This document shows, piece after piece, positions 1-11,290 of a stretch of 64,000 nucleotides of DNA. The stretch comes from Dipteris shenzhenensis (lineage: Eukaryota). The notes beneath the pieces were generated by a model. The model did not search any database. It worked only from the letters and a program-made list of their open reading frames with translations, and was not told where the DNA came from. Each line of letters begins with the position of its first letter. The first letter of the stretch is position 1. Location of the stretch: the NCBI GenBank assembly GCA_047967505.1, contig CM106538.1; one strand, given 5' to 3'. A program made the translations under genes and the position numbers.

Positions 1-1228
1 CCGAAGAGTATCTCTGACCCACTGCCCTCAAGAACTCTCTAGAGCATCTATCCCCCTTCTGAATCCAGAAAGTCTGCTGGGAGTAAAACCTAAATTGGGC
101 CCTCCTGCCCTGAATCTCCTCTAGTCTCTCCTGAGCCTCCGAAAGCTGTCCTCTGATGAAAAGAGAATGAGGAAAACTCTGGATCAATCTCTGAAGTCTG
201 GATACCTCCGCTCTTGCATTCCGATCTTTGATTCTGAGCTTTTCCTTCTCCTCTTTTGCCCTCAACTGGCAGGCCATGCTGACTCTAGCCAAAGCCCCCT
301 CTACCCACATCAACCAGCCCTGATCCACAGCAGTGTCCACTGACAACCAAGTCTCTCTCAACCGTTCCACGAACTTTGTATCCTGAAAAACAAAGTCCGA
401 AACTCTCACAGATGCTGTGCTCTCCAATCGAGAGGTAGGAAGAATCTGTAATAGGACTGGAGCATGGTCAGATAAAACATAACCCGGGCGGATCCCAATC
501 TGTCCTCCTCTGGCCTGACCCCATTGGCCAATATAAAACCTGTCAAGTCTGACCAAAGAAAGAGAGCCATGGAAAACCCCGGACCAAGAGAACTGAAGAC
601 TGTCAGCCAAGTGACGAAAGTCGTCCAATCGAGTTGCATCATGAAGTCCAGCATGCAAAACAAAACTATCCCACTCCACTCTCTCCCTATCAGAAAGGCC
701 ACCCTTTGTCTGACCCGACTTGTCTTCAGCGAATTCAACCATGTTGAAATCACCTCCAACAATCCAGGTGTCTGCCTGAGGAAGGGACTCTCTGAGTTGT
801 CTCCAAAAAGCACATCTGTGGGCTAAATCCGTGGGAGCATACACATTGAGAACACCAACTGCTGTGCTCTCAATATGAAGAATAACATAGCATGCTCTGC
901 TCTCCACTAGTGTACCCTCTTGGGTGATCTCTGAGGCCCACCTAGCTGAAACTTAAATGCAAACTCCTCCCCTCGTGCCATCCGCTGGGTTCCAATATGT
1001 CCGGCTCTGTCCTCTGAGTAAGGATCTGCATCTGTCAATCCTGTCCTGGGAGAGCTTATGCTCCTGGATAAGCACAATGTTTGGAGGGGACCCTGAGGAA
1101 ATAAACCGAAGGGAGTCCCTAAGCAACTGCAATCTAGGAACTCCCAATCTACGACCATCTGCATCTGAGGTAAATCTGCGGCCGTTTAGTCCTCTCACAC
1201 TCCAAGAAATGATGGACAACCTAGACAT
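1..1228 (-). pseudogene. L1 ORF2 N-terminus (APE endonuclease), disrupted
   Basis: ISWSVRGLNG, IVLIQEHKL, YWNPADGTRGGVCI; frameshifts and stops present. Confidence 0.85.
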
Positions 1229-1289
1229 CGGATGGAAGTGTGGGTGTGCCAGTGGCAACGGCACAAAACTCTCTCTCTGACGGCGCAAT

Positions 1290-3552
1290 TCAAAGTCGGT
1301 CTTTGATCAAACTCCAAATCTGCCCCAACTCATGTAAAATGGCTCCATCCAAGGGAATAGTACTTTGGACTGAGGAGCTGAAAGTCAAACCAACCAGCAC
1401 TCCTGGGCAAATTAAAGTCTCTCTGAATCTCAAAGAACAGAAACAGAAAGGCCCTGCCACCGAAGCCAGGTCGAAGAGTCCTAGGGCAAGAATGAATCTG
1501 CGAGCCGACAATACGGTGAACCGATGAAAATTGAGTCATGCTCATAAGCTGTCTAGCAATCTCGCTGTCAAGTAACTCAGCTGACCAGCTTTCGCTCCCC
1601 CGAGATCGAAAGCTACCTACGGAGAAACGAAGAACGTGCCCCTCTCTGGAGAGAGTAACAGATCCCAAGTACTCCTCTGACCACCGGCAAAACACCGGTA
1701 GAAGTTCCAATCGAGTGAGGGAGTCTGTGATAACCCCTCGAGCCAAAAAGGGCCAAAACTCAACGGGCAGATCTCTGTCAACCATCCTGGGGTCAAGTCT
1801 AGGAGTTAGAAGAGCTGAAAAGGGCTAAGCCGTCCTGACTCTGCTCCTGGAATAGGTGAGAGGGAGAGGAAGAATCTGGGACGAGGTGCCTGTCCGCGTG
1901 GGTGACTGATACTCTTGCTCGATCTCGTCTGCTAGGATCTCCCAATCCTCACGCCTGTCTGGGTACTGAGCAAAATCTGTGACCGCACTCGCAAAAGATC
2001 TAGATAAACCAGGAGTGAAAAGCTGCGAGGACAAGGCTGTACTGGGTGGGGTTTCTAAAAGGACGCTCCGCATAGCAACAAAGGAAGGTACTGCGCGACG
2101 GGGCTGTGAAAGGGGTCTCAAGGGAACCTCGTACAGGCGCATGAGATCTTGGGACGGGCTCTGACTCTGACCTGTGTCGTGAAATACCACTCTCTCAACG
2201 GACTGCTGGGGAGAGGCATCCATCCTAGTAATTGCAGCCTGAGTAGTCTCCTGCTGAATAACTGTCTCCGTAACCAATATCTGACCCTCCGGGGTAGTAG
2301 TGTCGAGAGTCATTAAATCTTGAGCTATTGTCTCCTGCACAGTGTGAAGACCTGCCTGTGGATGGTCCTCCACCTCTCCCCTTTTCGGGGTCTCCTGCAC
2401 ATGTTTCTCGACTCCCTGAGCTACCGTCTCCTGCACAGTGTCAAGACCTGCCTGCGGATGGTCCTCTGCATCTCCCCTTTCCGAGGTCTCCTACACATGT
2501 GACTCGACTCCCTGAGCTACCGTCTCCTGCACAGTGTCAAGACCTGCCTGCGGATGGTCCTCTGCATCTCCCTTTTCGGGGTCTCCTGCACATATGTCTC
2601 AACTCTCTGCCATCTGTGAGCTCGTACCTGGGGCTGCTCATACTGCTGGCTCTCCCTCTGTCTCCGTCTCCTCCGAGCTCTCCCTGAAAGCTGTTCCACT
2701 GGAGGCACCTCCAGGTCCTATGATTCCACTGTGGAGGCTCCCCCAGAGGAGTCTCCTCTCGTTCTGCTGAATGAGTCGAAGCAGGCTCAAAGATCCCCGG
2801 AGGCTGAACTGAAGACTCTGGGTCACTCGTAGGATGAGAAGGATCCGAAGTCTCTGATCGAGGCCGACGATTGGGGCAATACCTAATAAAGTGACCTCTC
2901 TTCCGACAGAAAAGACACTGATCAGGAAGCCCCTCGTACAAAACCCTCTGCTGCATCTGGACCCCATCTCTCGTAGAGTATGATATCAAAGTAGGCAAAG
3001 GTTGAGGAGGGGGGAACTCTGAAGTGACTCTGACCCTCGTAACACCTGTACTAGCGAGTGACTGAGCATAGGAAAGTCTAGCACCTGATGGGATGATTGT
3101 ACCTGCCACGCTAGCCATATGCTCCACAGCTCTGCGACAAGAGCTGACCTCATAAGGAAGTCCAGGGAAAAGCATCCAAAAAGAGACTTGACGCGGTCCC
3201 GGGGAAGTAGTACTGAAGTGCTTCCGCCAAGGCCACAAATGGATGACTCTGCTCTGAAACTGGATCGGTGAGCTCATAAGTACTCTTTGAGCCTGCTCTG
3301 CAGACTGAAGGCCAAAAGAAAAGCCCCTCTGCCAAGCAATCGGAAAACCGTAACTGAGACACCCAATGAGGCCATGCTGGTGTACACCCAATCACTTAAC
3401 TGTTGGCCTCTACCGGGTAGAAAGCCAATGATGTGCGTCAAACGAAAATCCTCCTCTGCTACCTCAACCATCTGCACAATGTCAGGAGGAAAAGAAACTG
3501 TGGCTTCAATCTCCTTAGGTTCGGCAACGGGAGTGGCATGAGTGTCCGCCAT
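1290..3552 (-). pseudogene. L1 ORF1 (frameshifted), with 32-aa repeats and an extra C-terminal domain
   Basis: ATG at 3552 (MADTHATP). Pieces 3274-3624, 2537-3391, 1825-2436, 1330-1785 and 1290-1511 join through frameshifts and one in-frame TAG. Confidence 0.8.
2320..2607. repeat. Three tandem 96-bp units inside L1 ORF1 (32-aa unit, QETVAQGVEKHVQETPKRGEVEDHPQAGLHTV-like)
   Basis: (C/T)TGAGCTA..GTCTCCTGCACAGTGT recurs at 2320, 2416 and 2512. Confidence 0.9.
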
Positions 3553-4182
3553 TGTCTTAGCTTGCGCTGTCCTGAGGGGAGGAGCTACCTCTGCTGAAAA
3601 TACACACCAAGAACTCGCAACCAACCTCTAGAATCCCCAAAAACCCCTGGTTAAAGAATGCCCCAAACTTCAGCCTGTGTGGAATGAAAACAGGCCGCTC
3701 AATGCAGAAGCAGAAAGCTCCGCCAATGCCTCGAAGCAGCCCAGGAACTCAGTTCCCCGGAACACGAGCAGAATGGTCCCGGAGAGGGCTTTGAAGCAGC
3801 CCAGCCTGAAGCGCAAGGGAGGGGCAGACAGCAGCTACTGGCGGCCTAGATGGCAGCCTGAAGGGGCGACCTGAAGGAGCAAGGGGAGCTCGACCAACAG
3901 GGCGCGACCAGCAGCAGCTAGTCGGGCTGAAGGGGGGGCGCAATGCGAGCGGGCTGAAGGGGGGGCTCGACCACCAGGGCACACCTGTAGCAGCTAGACG
4001 GGCTGAAGGGGGGCGCGACGCGAGAGGGCAAGGGGGGGCGACCTGAGCAGGGGGCGCTGCCAAGGGAGCCTATGCGGCCAAGGCAGCAAGGCGCTGCCAA
4101 GGGAGCAGGTCGTGGCCAAGGGGCAGGGCGCGGCCAAGGGCTGGGTGATGGCGACGGACGATGGCGGGGGGCAGCAGCAGAT

Positions 4183-5366
4183 GGAGCTCCTCCAAGAATC
4201 CCATATCAGTATTTCTGCGTTTGGTCATTGGCAACTCGATCACTGGGATTTCTTTTTTGGCTGCACTGATGGCACTTTGCCTGGATGCCCTTTTGTCTCC
4301 TGCTTGCTTCTTGACTGGAAGCATGTTCTTTCTCATCTGGAATGGAATGGACGGCAATCTTTGCTTGGGAATTCTTTGAGAGCTGAAAGCATTCACTGGT
4401 CGAAAGTCTTTCAGCGTCCCTTGGCTTTACAGGAACCTCGACGTTCCTACTTTGTCTCGTTTAAAGGCATCACCTCGGTTGCTGATGTTATAGATGATGT
4501 TGGTACTGTGCTCCCCTTTTCTCTAGCAGCCACTACATATGGATTGGGCTCTCATTATCGTCCTTTGTGGTGACAAATTACTTCTATGCTTTCGCCCTTT
4601 GTTCCGATTCCTCCTTTGGAACTCCAGGACCGACTAGAAGATTGGACTTTGACTTCTCCAGGGTCCTCTTCTCGTCCTTTGAGGCCATCTCAGATTACTA
4701 TACCTGCATTGTATAAAATCCTCTTGCCTCAACCTTGGGTTTCAGAGAGAGGTGATTCTGTTTGGCGAATGCATCGCCCAGCCAAGTGGTGGAGGAAAAG
4801 ATTATAGCAACTTTGGGCCTATAAAGTACCGCTTCGGCAACAGGTTTTCTTTTGGCAAGTTCTTTTGGGAGTATTTCCATCTGGACAGCTATTAGCTCAT
4901 CGACACATTGCTCCTGCACTTTGCCATAGATGTTCTGCTTCTTCGGAGACTGTGCCTCACTTGTTTTGGCATTGTCCGTGCTCTCGTGAGTTTTTTGATC
5001 TGCTTCGACAGCACTTGCGAGCAAGATTCCCATCTGTTCCGTTTGGGAAGTTCTTCTGGCTATTTGGGTTTCATCCATCCAGACCGGAGTTTCATCTTTT
5101 CTTCGTTTGGGTTCGCTACTGGGCACTATGGACTTTATGGACATATAGGAATTGTAAAGTCTTTGGTGATCCTACTTTCTCTCTGTTTGGCTTTTTTAGG
5201 CGTTCTCTGCAGCAATCTTTCTCTGATTGCTTGCAGACTTGCTGCATAGATCATGAGGTCTTTTTGGCATATACTGAAATTTTCAGTTGATGTAATTATA
5301 GCATCTTTTTTTGAGGTTGCTACTCGTATAATATAATCAATCAAAGATTTCACCCAAAAAAAAAAA
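4183..5366 (+). mobile_element. L1 ORF2 C-terminal fragment with 3' UTR and poly(A) tail
   Basis: zf-RVT-type motif CHRCSASSETVPHLFWHC and WTLWTYRNCKVF; A11 at 5356-5366. Confidence 0.9.
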
Positions 5367-5389
5367 TATGTGTGTGTGTGTGTGTGTGT

Positions 5390-5426
<37 letters not shown>

Positions 5427-5436
5427 CCCCCCCCCC
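5367..5436. repeat. Compound microsatellite (TG)n(TC)n(C)n
   Basis: Seen directly. Confidence 0.95.
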
Positions 5437-6441
5437 AGAGTTCATAGTCTGCAAATCCACTGCTCCCTAGGTGTACCTGTGGCTCTCCGTGTCTGGATCC
5501 TGCATTTGTCCATTGGCAATTGTGAGGTCATGTGAGCCTTGCCTGTCCTCTAGATACTGGGGGTCTGATGATCACTCCATCCTCCAACACTCTCAAGAAA
5601 TAGTTGTGGTAGAATTGGAAACTCTTGGTGCCCACCCCCCAAGTTCATGAAGTATAAAGCTAGAGTACGGTTGATCTCATTCAGTGGGACAAAGGGATCA
5701 GGAGCATCTAAGCCATACGGAAAGAGGGGGAGACGATTCATCTGAATGCCATGTCTATCAAACCATCTGGAAATGTCTGCATACTAGGCCATGCGAACCC
5801 CACTCTTCGTGTAGATGACACCGGTAGCCTCCCTCTAGGTAAGGTCCAGACCTTGTGAAGTTATGTAACCGTCTGGAAGATGGCATTGACCTCGAGCAGT
5901 GTCATGGCAGACTCTGCCTGTATGATCTGGTGGGGGGCTGAAGGCTTACTTCGAATCATCTGGGATCCCATAGTCACTTGTAGCCTCTCGAAACGTCGCC
6001 ACTCAATCGGTGGCAGGTCACACGCCCAGAAGGATGATGCGTACATGGCAGTCGACCTCACCAACATGTCAAATAACCATCCCTTTGTCTGGGGGTCCTG
6101 AAAATGTGCTTAAAAGTACTACTGCTCCAGTTGAGATAAAGCTCCTTGCCCTCATGTAAGTCATGCCCTAGCTACGTAGTTCATCGTGAAGATTGGCTCC
6201 ACAAAGATTGCCCCTTAGTAACGTACGATCTCCACTGGCTCTCCTCGGTAGGTGAAGCTATGTCGATGAAGTGCTGGCCGTGAGGTGTTAAAAATCATAA
6301 ATTTGGTCTTACCAAGGTTAATCTATCTCACCTCTAGGGGGCATCTAGGTGTCTTTCTAAGCCTGTTGTTGAGGAGGATAGGACTATGTCATCTGCATAC
6401 AATAGTATCCGTATGCAGATGACATAGTCCTTCTATCCTCC
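5437..6441 (-). mobile_element. RTE/RTEX-like non-LTR retrotransposon fragment, 5'-truncated at the RT catalytic motif
   Basis: The - strand reads ILLYADDIVL...LERHLD...INLGKTKFMIF...FDMLVRSTAMYASSFW. Microsatellites flank both sides. Clade assignment is approximate. Confidence 0.75.
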
Positions 6442-6444
6442 TAA

Positions 6445-7278
6445 GCGCGTGCGTGCGTGCGGGCACACACACACACACACATACAGATTGTGTTTATTAA
6501 ATTCTTCGAAAGATCGAAGGATCTATGAGACGGAAAAAACTAGATACAATGGGAAGAAATCTGAATGGGTGGAGCCACTAAGTGGACATCCACACCCAAG
6601 GCGAATACTAATATCTGAACCCACAGGAAAAGGATAGATCCACAATGTGGTATCACTATGGTGGTCCTCTATATGTTGTGTAAGGAACGAGATCCACTGG
6701 GCCATAGAGAATTGAATAGGAGAGCTTGATGTGGTAGTCATGGGCAGATAGATCAACCTAACCCCTATCATACATATCGTTGTATCAAGGTAGGGAAACA
6801 TACATGGTTCTCTCTGATTAGGCCATTGGACACCCAGGCTTGATAGGGACAAGGAGAATGTGGTTCAATGACGGGGTCAAAACATTAGTACACATCAAAG
6901 TATGATGACCCTGGCAATCAACATTTGATCAATACACACTTTTTTTGGGGGGTCAAGTCTATTTGTATTTATATTACAAGACCTAACATGAAAAGATAGC
7001 ATCCAAGCTGTACTGAAAGGGGGGGAGACGATCCATCTGAATGCCCTGTCTGTCAAACCATCTGGAAATGTGTGCATACTAGGCCATGCGAGCCCCACTC
7101 TCAGCTAGTCGTGTAGATGACTACAGTGCCACTCTCGGTAGCCTCCCTCTAGGTAAGGACCAGACCCTGTGAAGATAAGTAACCGTCTGGAAGATGGCAT
7201 TGATCTCAAGCGGTGTCATGGCAAACTCTGCCTGTATGATCTGGTGGGGGGCTGAAGGCTTACTCCGAATCATGTGGG
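6445..7278 (-). mobile_element. Second fragment of the same non-LTR family, ending in AATAAA plus a (TG)n tail
   Basis: 7021-7278 is a diverged copy of 5726-5964; the (CA)n at 6464-6485 is followed by TTTATT on +. Confidence 0.6.
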
Positions 7279-7483
7279 CTACTCATAAACAAGAAGAAGA
7301 TGGAAAAGACCAAGGAGAATGTACATTCAAAGCTGCACCAAAGAGGAGCAACTTCTACTCGGAACTAAAAACAGTGAAAGAAAGCTTCTAAATGGGCCGG
7401 AGAGGAAGATCTCCTTGTGCATGTGCATCCTGAAGGGATCGGTGCAGGGAGGGTCAGAAAAAACCATAAAGATTCACATGCAT

Positions 7484-7520
<37 letters not shown>

Positions 7521-7789
7521 TACAATCTAGAATTTTCCCTGTTATGTAGCACACTTGAGTTTCCAAAGATGGAAGCGCCCATTGACATGGGAATGCCCAG
7601 TTTACACGAAGGAACTACACCATGTTATGCAAGGACCAAAAAATGCTGGCGACACTTTTCCAAAGTAAGCAGCCTTATCACATTATTTTAGCAAAATTGT
7701 CTTGATTGGGCCACTGTATTCTGGAAGGCAAAATATCACTGCTTACTATTACATGATTTTCATACTTTTCTCCTAAACAAAGTGAACTT

Positions 7790-8345
7790 TTATTAAGTAT
7801 GATATATAAGAAATCTAGGATGAAATTCTTTGAAAATGTCATACAAAATTATGTAGAAAAGAAATGAGACTGTCGCAACCAATTCGGAGAGGGAAATGCC
7901 ATGAACGCTTTGTGGAAGTATATCTGTAAAACAATTCTTGGTGCCGCTTTCTCATGAAAGATGATATCCTGTCCATAGCGGAACATGACGAGCCTTGAAT
8001 CCTACTCAACGTGGGTATGAGCATTGAGGATGTGCATAATATCCTGCCGGATAATTGAAAGTGACTGAGAGACAACTGCATCTAGTGTGATAAGCTGTGA
8101 AGCTCCTCTCTAGATCAAGATAGCTATGCATGAATCTGCTCCCTCGTAATACCTGAGGTCCAAAACATGTGAGCTAGGCGACAGAAATCCATGTCAAGTA
8201 GTATGTACCTCTCCAAGCAAGTGTGCAATGCCTTGTCAGATCCTCTGGGTCTCTCTGCAACCCCAAATACATTGCTTAACGGACTCTCAAATGCATAGAA
8301 GAACAATCTTTGCAAATATTAAAAGTACATGATGGCAAGCCCACA
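7790..8345 (-). mobile_element. Degraded L1 ORF2 3' fragment
   Basis: The - strand reads CKDC...ESVKQCIWGCRETQRI*QG, matching the zf-RVT motif of the other L1 copies (EESLKHCLWSC). Confidence 0.6.
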
Positions 8346-8982
8346 ATCTGGACACCTTTCATTTTTTGAATAGAGGGTATGTTGTCAGTCCTGATCATTA
8401 AATGTACTCCCATACTATTATATTATGGATAATTGACAGATTCAATGTAGACCATCTGTGATTGGTTGGATGACATCACTATTCAGTCTGACGGGGGCAA
8501 TTCATTTTGTCAAATAAAATACTGTTATTAGTGTCTGCATGTATGTGGCATTTGGTTTCTATCAGCGCCTTGGCAGCATTTAAATTCCACAGCAATCACT
8601 TCAACAAAGATAAATAAATTCTTTTGTGAGTTTTGTCTTTCGAAGGAAATCCAGCAGATTGAGTTCAGTGCAAATTTTTCCTTGCTGCACATGGTTTACT
8701 ACAGAATTATTGTGCTTCTTTGGCTCTTCCTTTTATAGTAGCCTTCTCTCTTTGTCTTTCATATTGCACAGTTTTGCAGTATGCAATTGCCTTTTTATCA
8801 CATGTAGATGGCATGCATGACTTCATGTTGCTGCCAGGTTCTTGCCTTATCTCTAGTGTTAATTATTGATTCTTACAGTATTCAAACTTTTCTCTATCCC
8901 TTCCTTTTGTATACTATTATTTTTTCGCTTATTTTGTTGTATGAGAAACCATCATTTATTGAAAGCAATGTTGTCTTTTCAG

Positions 8983-9255
8983 ATTGAGCCACCACCTCAG
9001 ACGGCTTTGCTAGATGCAACCATGCAAATGGAGGGCGTGCTTTTGGCAGGAGTACCAGGTGCTGGAGGATACGATGCTGTCTTTGCTATCACTATTGGCA
9101 TCTCTGCTAGAGAGACTGTGGAAAAAGAATGGAGTGCCCGAGGTGTGCTGGCACTTTGCGTAACTGAGGACCCCCGTGGTGTTCAGGTGGAAGGAGGGGA
9201 TCCTAGACAGGAGGCGGCAATTACAGGAATGCATGCTCTTAAACTAGAAGGCTAG
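8983..9255 (+). CDS. PMK: Phosphomevalonate kinase, last coding exon
   Basis: Acceptor ttgtcttttcAG, then IEPPPQTALLDATMQMEGVLLAGVPGAGGYDAVFAITIG...EDPRGV...GDPR, stop TAG 9253-9255. This matches the GHMP-kinase C-terminus of plant PMK (GVPGAGG[FY]DA). Confidence 0.93.
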   Translation: MEPPPQTALLDATMQMEGVLLAGVPGAGGYDAVFAITIGISARETVEKEWSARGVLALCVTEDPRGVQVEGGDPRQEAAITGMHALKLEG

Positions 9256-9639
9256 AAAATTAAAAAGCATGGGTATCTCATGCTCTTAGCTCTGAAGGAT
9301 TCTCACAAACTATTTACCATGTAGTACAAAGGTGAATCAATTTTTTTAGGACAGTTGTGCAGCACCATGCTGACTTAAGCTACACTACCCTATGGATGGA
9401 ACCAGCATTCAACTAGTGCTGTACAGAAACTATACATATAACATCTTAATAAAAACTGGGGCATTTCCAGTAAGAAGTACACAGCTGGCCCAATTCCATC
9501 CTTGCTAAAAGTCTTCAGCTTTAGGTGGACCTTGGGAGTCATGGGAGCAAAGCTCTCCATTTGCAGAGAATGCAGATGCATAAACTTTGCAATATTGCAT
9601 TGTGTTGTGGTGAAGGTCTACTAGATGATGCATGTTTGC

Positions 9640-10632
9640 ACTTGCACTAGGTCTAGCTGGCAAAGGTCTAAGGGGTCTCAATAGGCTTCTAAGATAGAGG
9701 AGATGAAGGCGGTGGCCGAGATGGCAGGCCCTAAGGATGAAGACTCGAAGGTTGAGGGGATAGCACAAGTTGTGATGGAAGGGTGGAGATTGAGAAGACA
9801 AGGTATGATCTTAGACATTCTTCATTTGAACACTATTCCTCTACTTGAGTGTGAATCAAATCAATCTTGAACTGGGTTGATCTTCCTCATCGTCGTCTTC
9901 AAGAGCCTGGCTAGTCATTGGAATCTGTCCTCTTGGCTCTTGCACTATTGGCCTTGGCGAGTTTGCAGATGGGTGGAGGCCTGACCTAGCCCCTAAGGAT
10001 AGGCCCTTGCCAAATGTCACATATGCTTGCGACGTAGGCACGGGCGAGGGAAATTAGAGTCTTTCAAAGCTCTCCCAATCTTGTTTCTCAAGGAAGATCT
10101 TCTCCGACAAGCTCTTTAGGTACTCTATGATTAGCCATAGTTGCGGGATCCCATCATCTTAAGAACAAAAGTTGCTACTATGGTAGGCAAGGACTCCAAC
10201 ATTGTTCCAAAATAGCCTCTAATACTCCTTTGGGAGCCTCAAGAAACGAACCGTCATTGGGAATCGCAACACATATTGCATCGTGTCCATGTCATTAATT
10301 GTGAATTCGTGATACAATTGTATGCATAACACTAGGTGTGGTCCGAGGACAATGTGACTCTGCTCTACTGAGGCTTGGGTCGTGATGGAGGAGCTCAACT
10401 GGAGAAGAAATACTCCTCTCATAGATTGTGACGTAGTAGATGTGGTCACCCTCTAAGGCCAAGCTCACTTAGATCCAGCCATGAGCCTGGCTCTTCATAG
10501 GTGTGTTGCCAACAATGCAACCCACTAGTGTTGTCCTAGAGTCCAAGGAAAGTGCAATCTAAACGTTTGTGGGAGTTGAGGCAGTTGCCATGTGAGTCCC
10601 TCTTGCCAAACCAAAGGGTCACCACCAAGATT
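9640..10632 (-). mobile_element. Degraded L1 5' UTR and ORF1 fragment (same family as 48075-54290)
   Basis: RGVFLLQLSS...QSHIVLGPHLV...DMDT..RFPMTVRFLRLPKEY matches ORF 48594-48986; the leader cttggtggtgaccc is shared with 48417. Confidence 0.85.
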
Positions 10633-10659
10633 ACCCATATTCATATTTACAACTTCAGT

Positions 10660-11290
10660 GCACACATGTTCATAAGGCTTCATCATCCTCTTTGAGAAGT
10701 TCACACGATTAATTCAATTTTGATTCATCAGCTTCCCTCTTTGCCTTCCGTATCTCCTTTTCCAATAGGTGCAACAATGCAAAAAGGCTTGTGCCCAATA
10801 GGTGCACTCCATGACATTTTTACTTGCTCTCACATGGAGTCTTCATGTTGTTTGGCACGATTTTGGAGATGACCTTTGAAGAAGAGACTCTACATCCACA
10901 CAATTGCTCTTCTACAGCCCAAACTTGCTAATACTTCATGACTCGAGTATCAAAAAATAAATACCTTATTTTCTTCAAAACCTCCTAAACTTCTTCTAGC
11001 AAGCTCAAATCCTTGGCTCCACCATTGTTGCTAACCTGTGCATGGGGGAATTTCCTAAAGAGGTTCCGTTTCTTCTATGGATATTCTTAGAACGTAGCTT
11101 GTGAATTGCCTAAAGGAATGTTGAGCATGTCCTCAAATCATAATTTTGTCAATGTAGATTGTAGTATTTCCACAAACAATGTGTCCCTCCTTCATGTTCA
11201 CTTCTTGCATGCATAGCTTTCATAAAATGGATAAGGAAGAGAGCAAAGGATGCATTGGATGTCATGATTTCAAGATTGGGCTAGAGTTAT
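10660..11290 (-). pseudogene. Degraded copy of an uncharacterised ORF, homologous to 22518-23371
   Basis: Hand translation gives SSPNLEIMT...QEVNMKEGHIVCG..IYIDKIMI/EDMLNIPLG...FPHAQVSNNGGAK...LKKIRYLFFDTRVMKY*QVWAVEEQLCG, collinear with the + strand copy. Confidence 0.7.

Larger units (their letters stand above)
1..4190 (-). mobile_element. L1-type LINE, 5' portion (GC-rich leader, ORF1, endonuclease start of ORF2); continues off the left edge
   Basis: ORF1 has a DUF4283-like N-terminus and a CCHC knuckle (CLFCRKRGHFIRYC). ORF2 begins MSRLSIISWSVRGLNG...LIQEHKL, with SARVMFYLT further on, typical of an APE endonuclease. The leader at 3650-4190 is C-rich on the - strand. Confidence 0.9.

Noticed and set aside
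5437-6441. RT plus hairpin as a retron- or DGR-like system
   Set aside because: The RT is a broken LINE fragment and the hairpin is a copy of its own coding sequence. The duplicate at 7021-7278 does not show adenine-specific variation.
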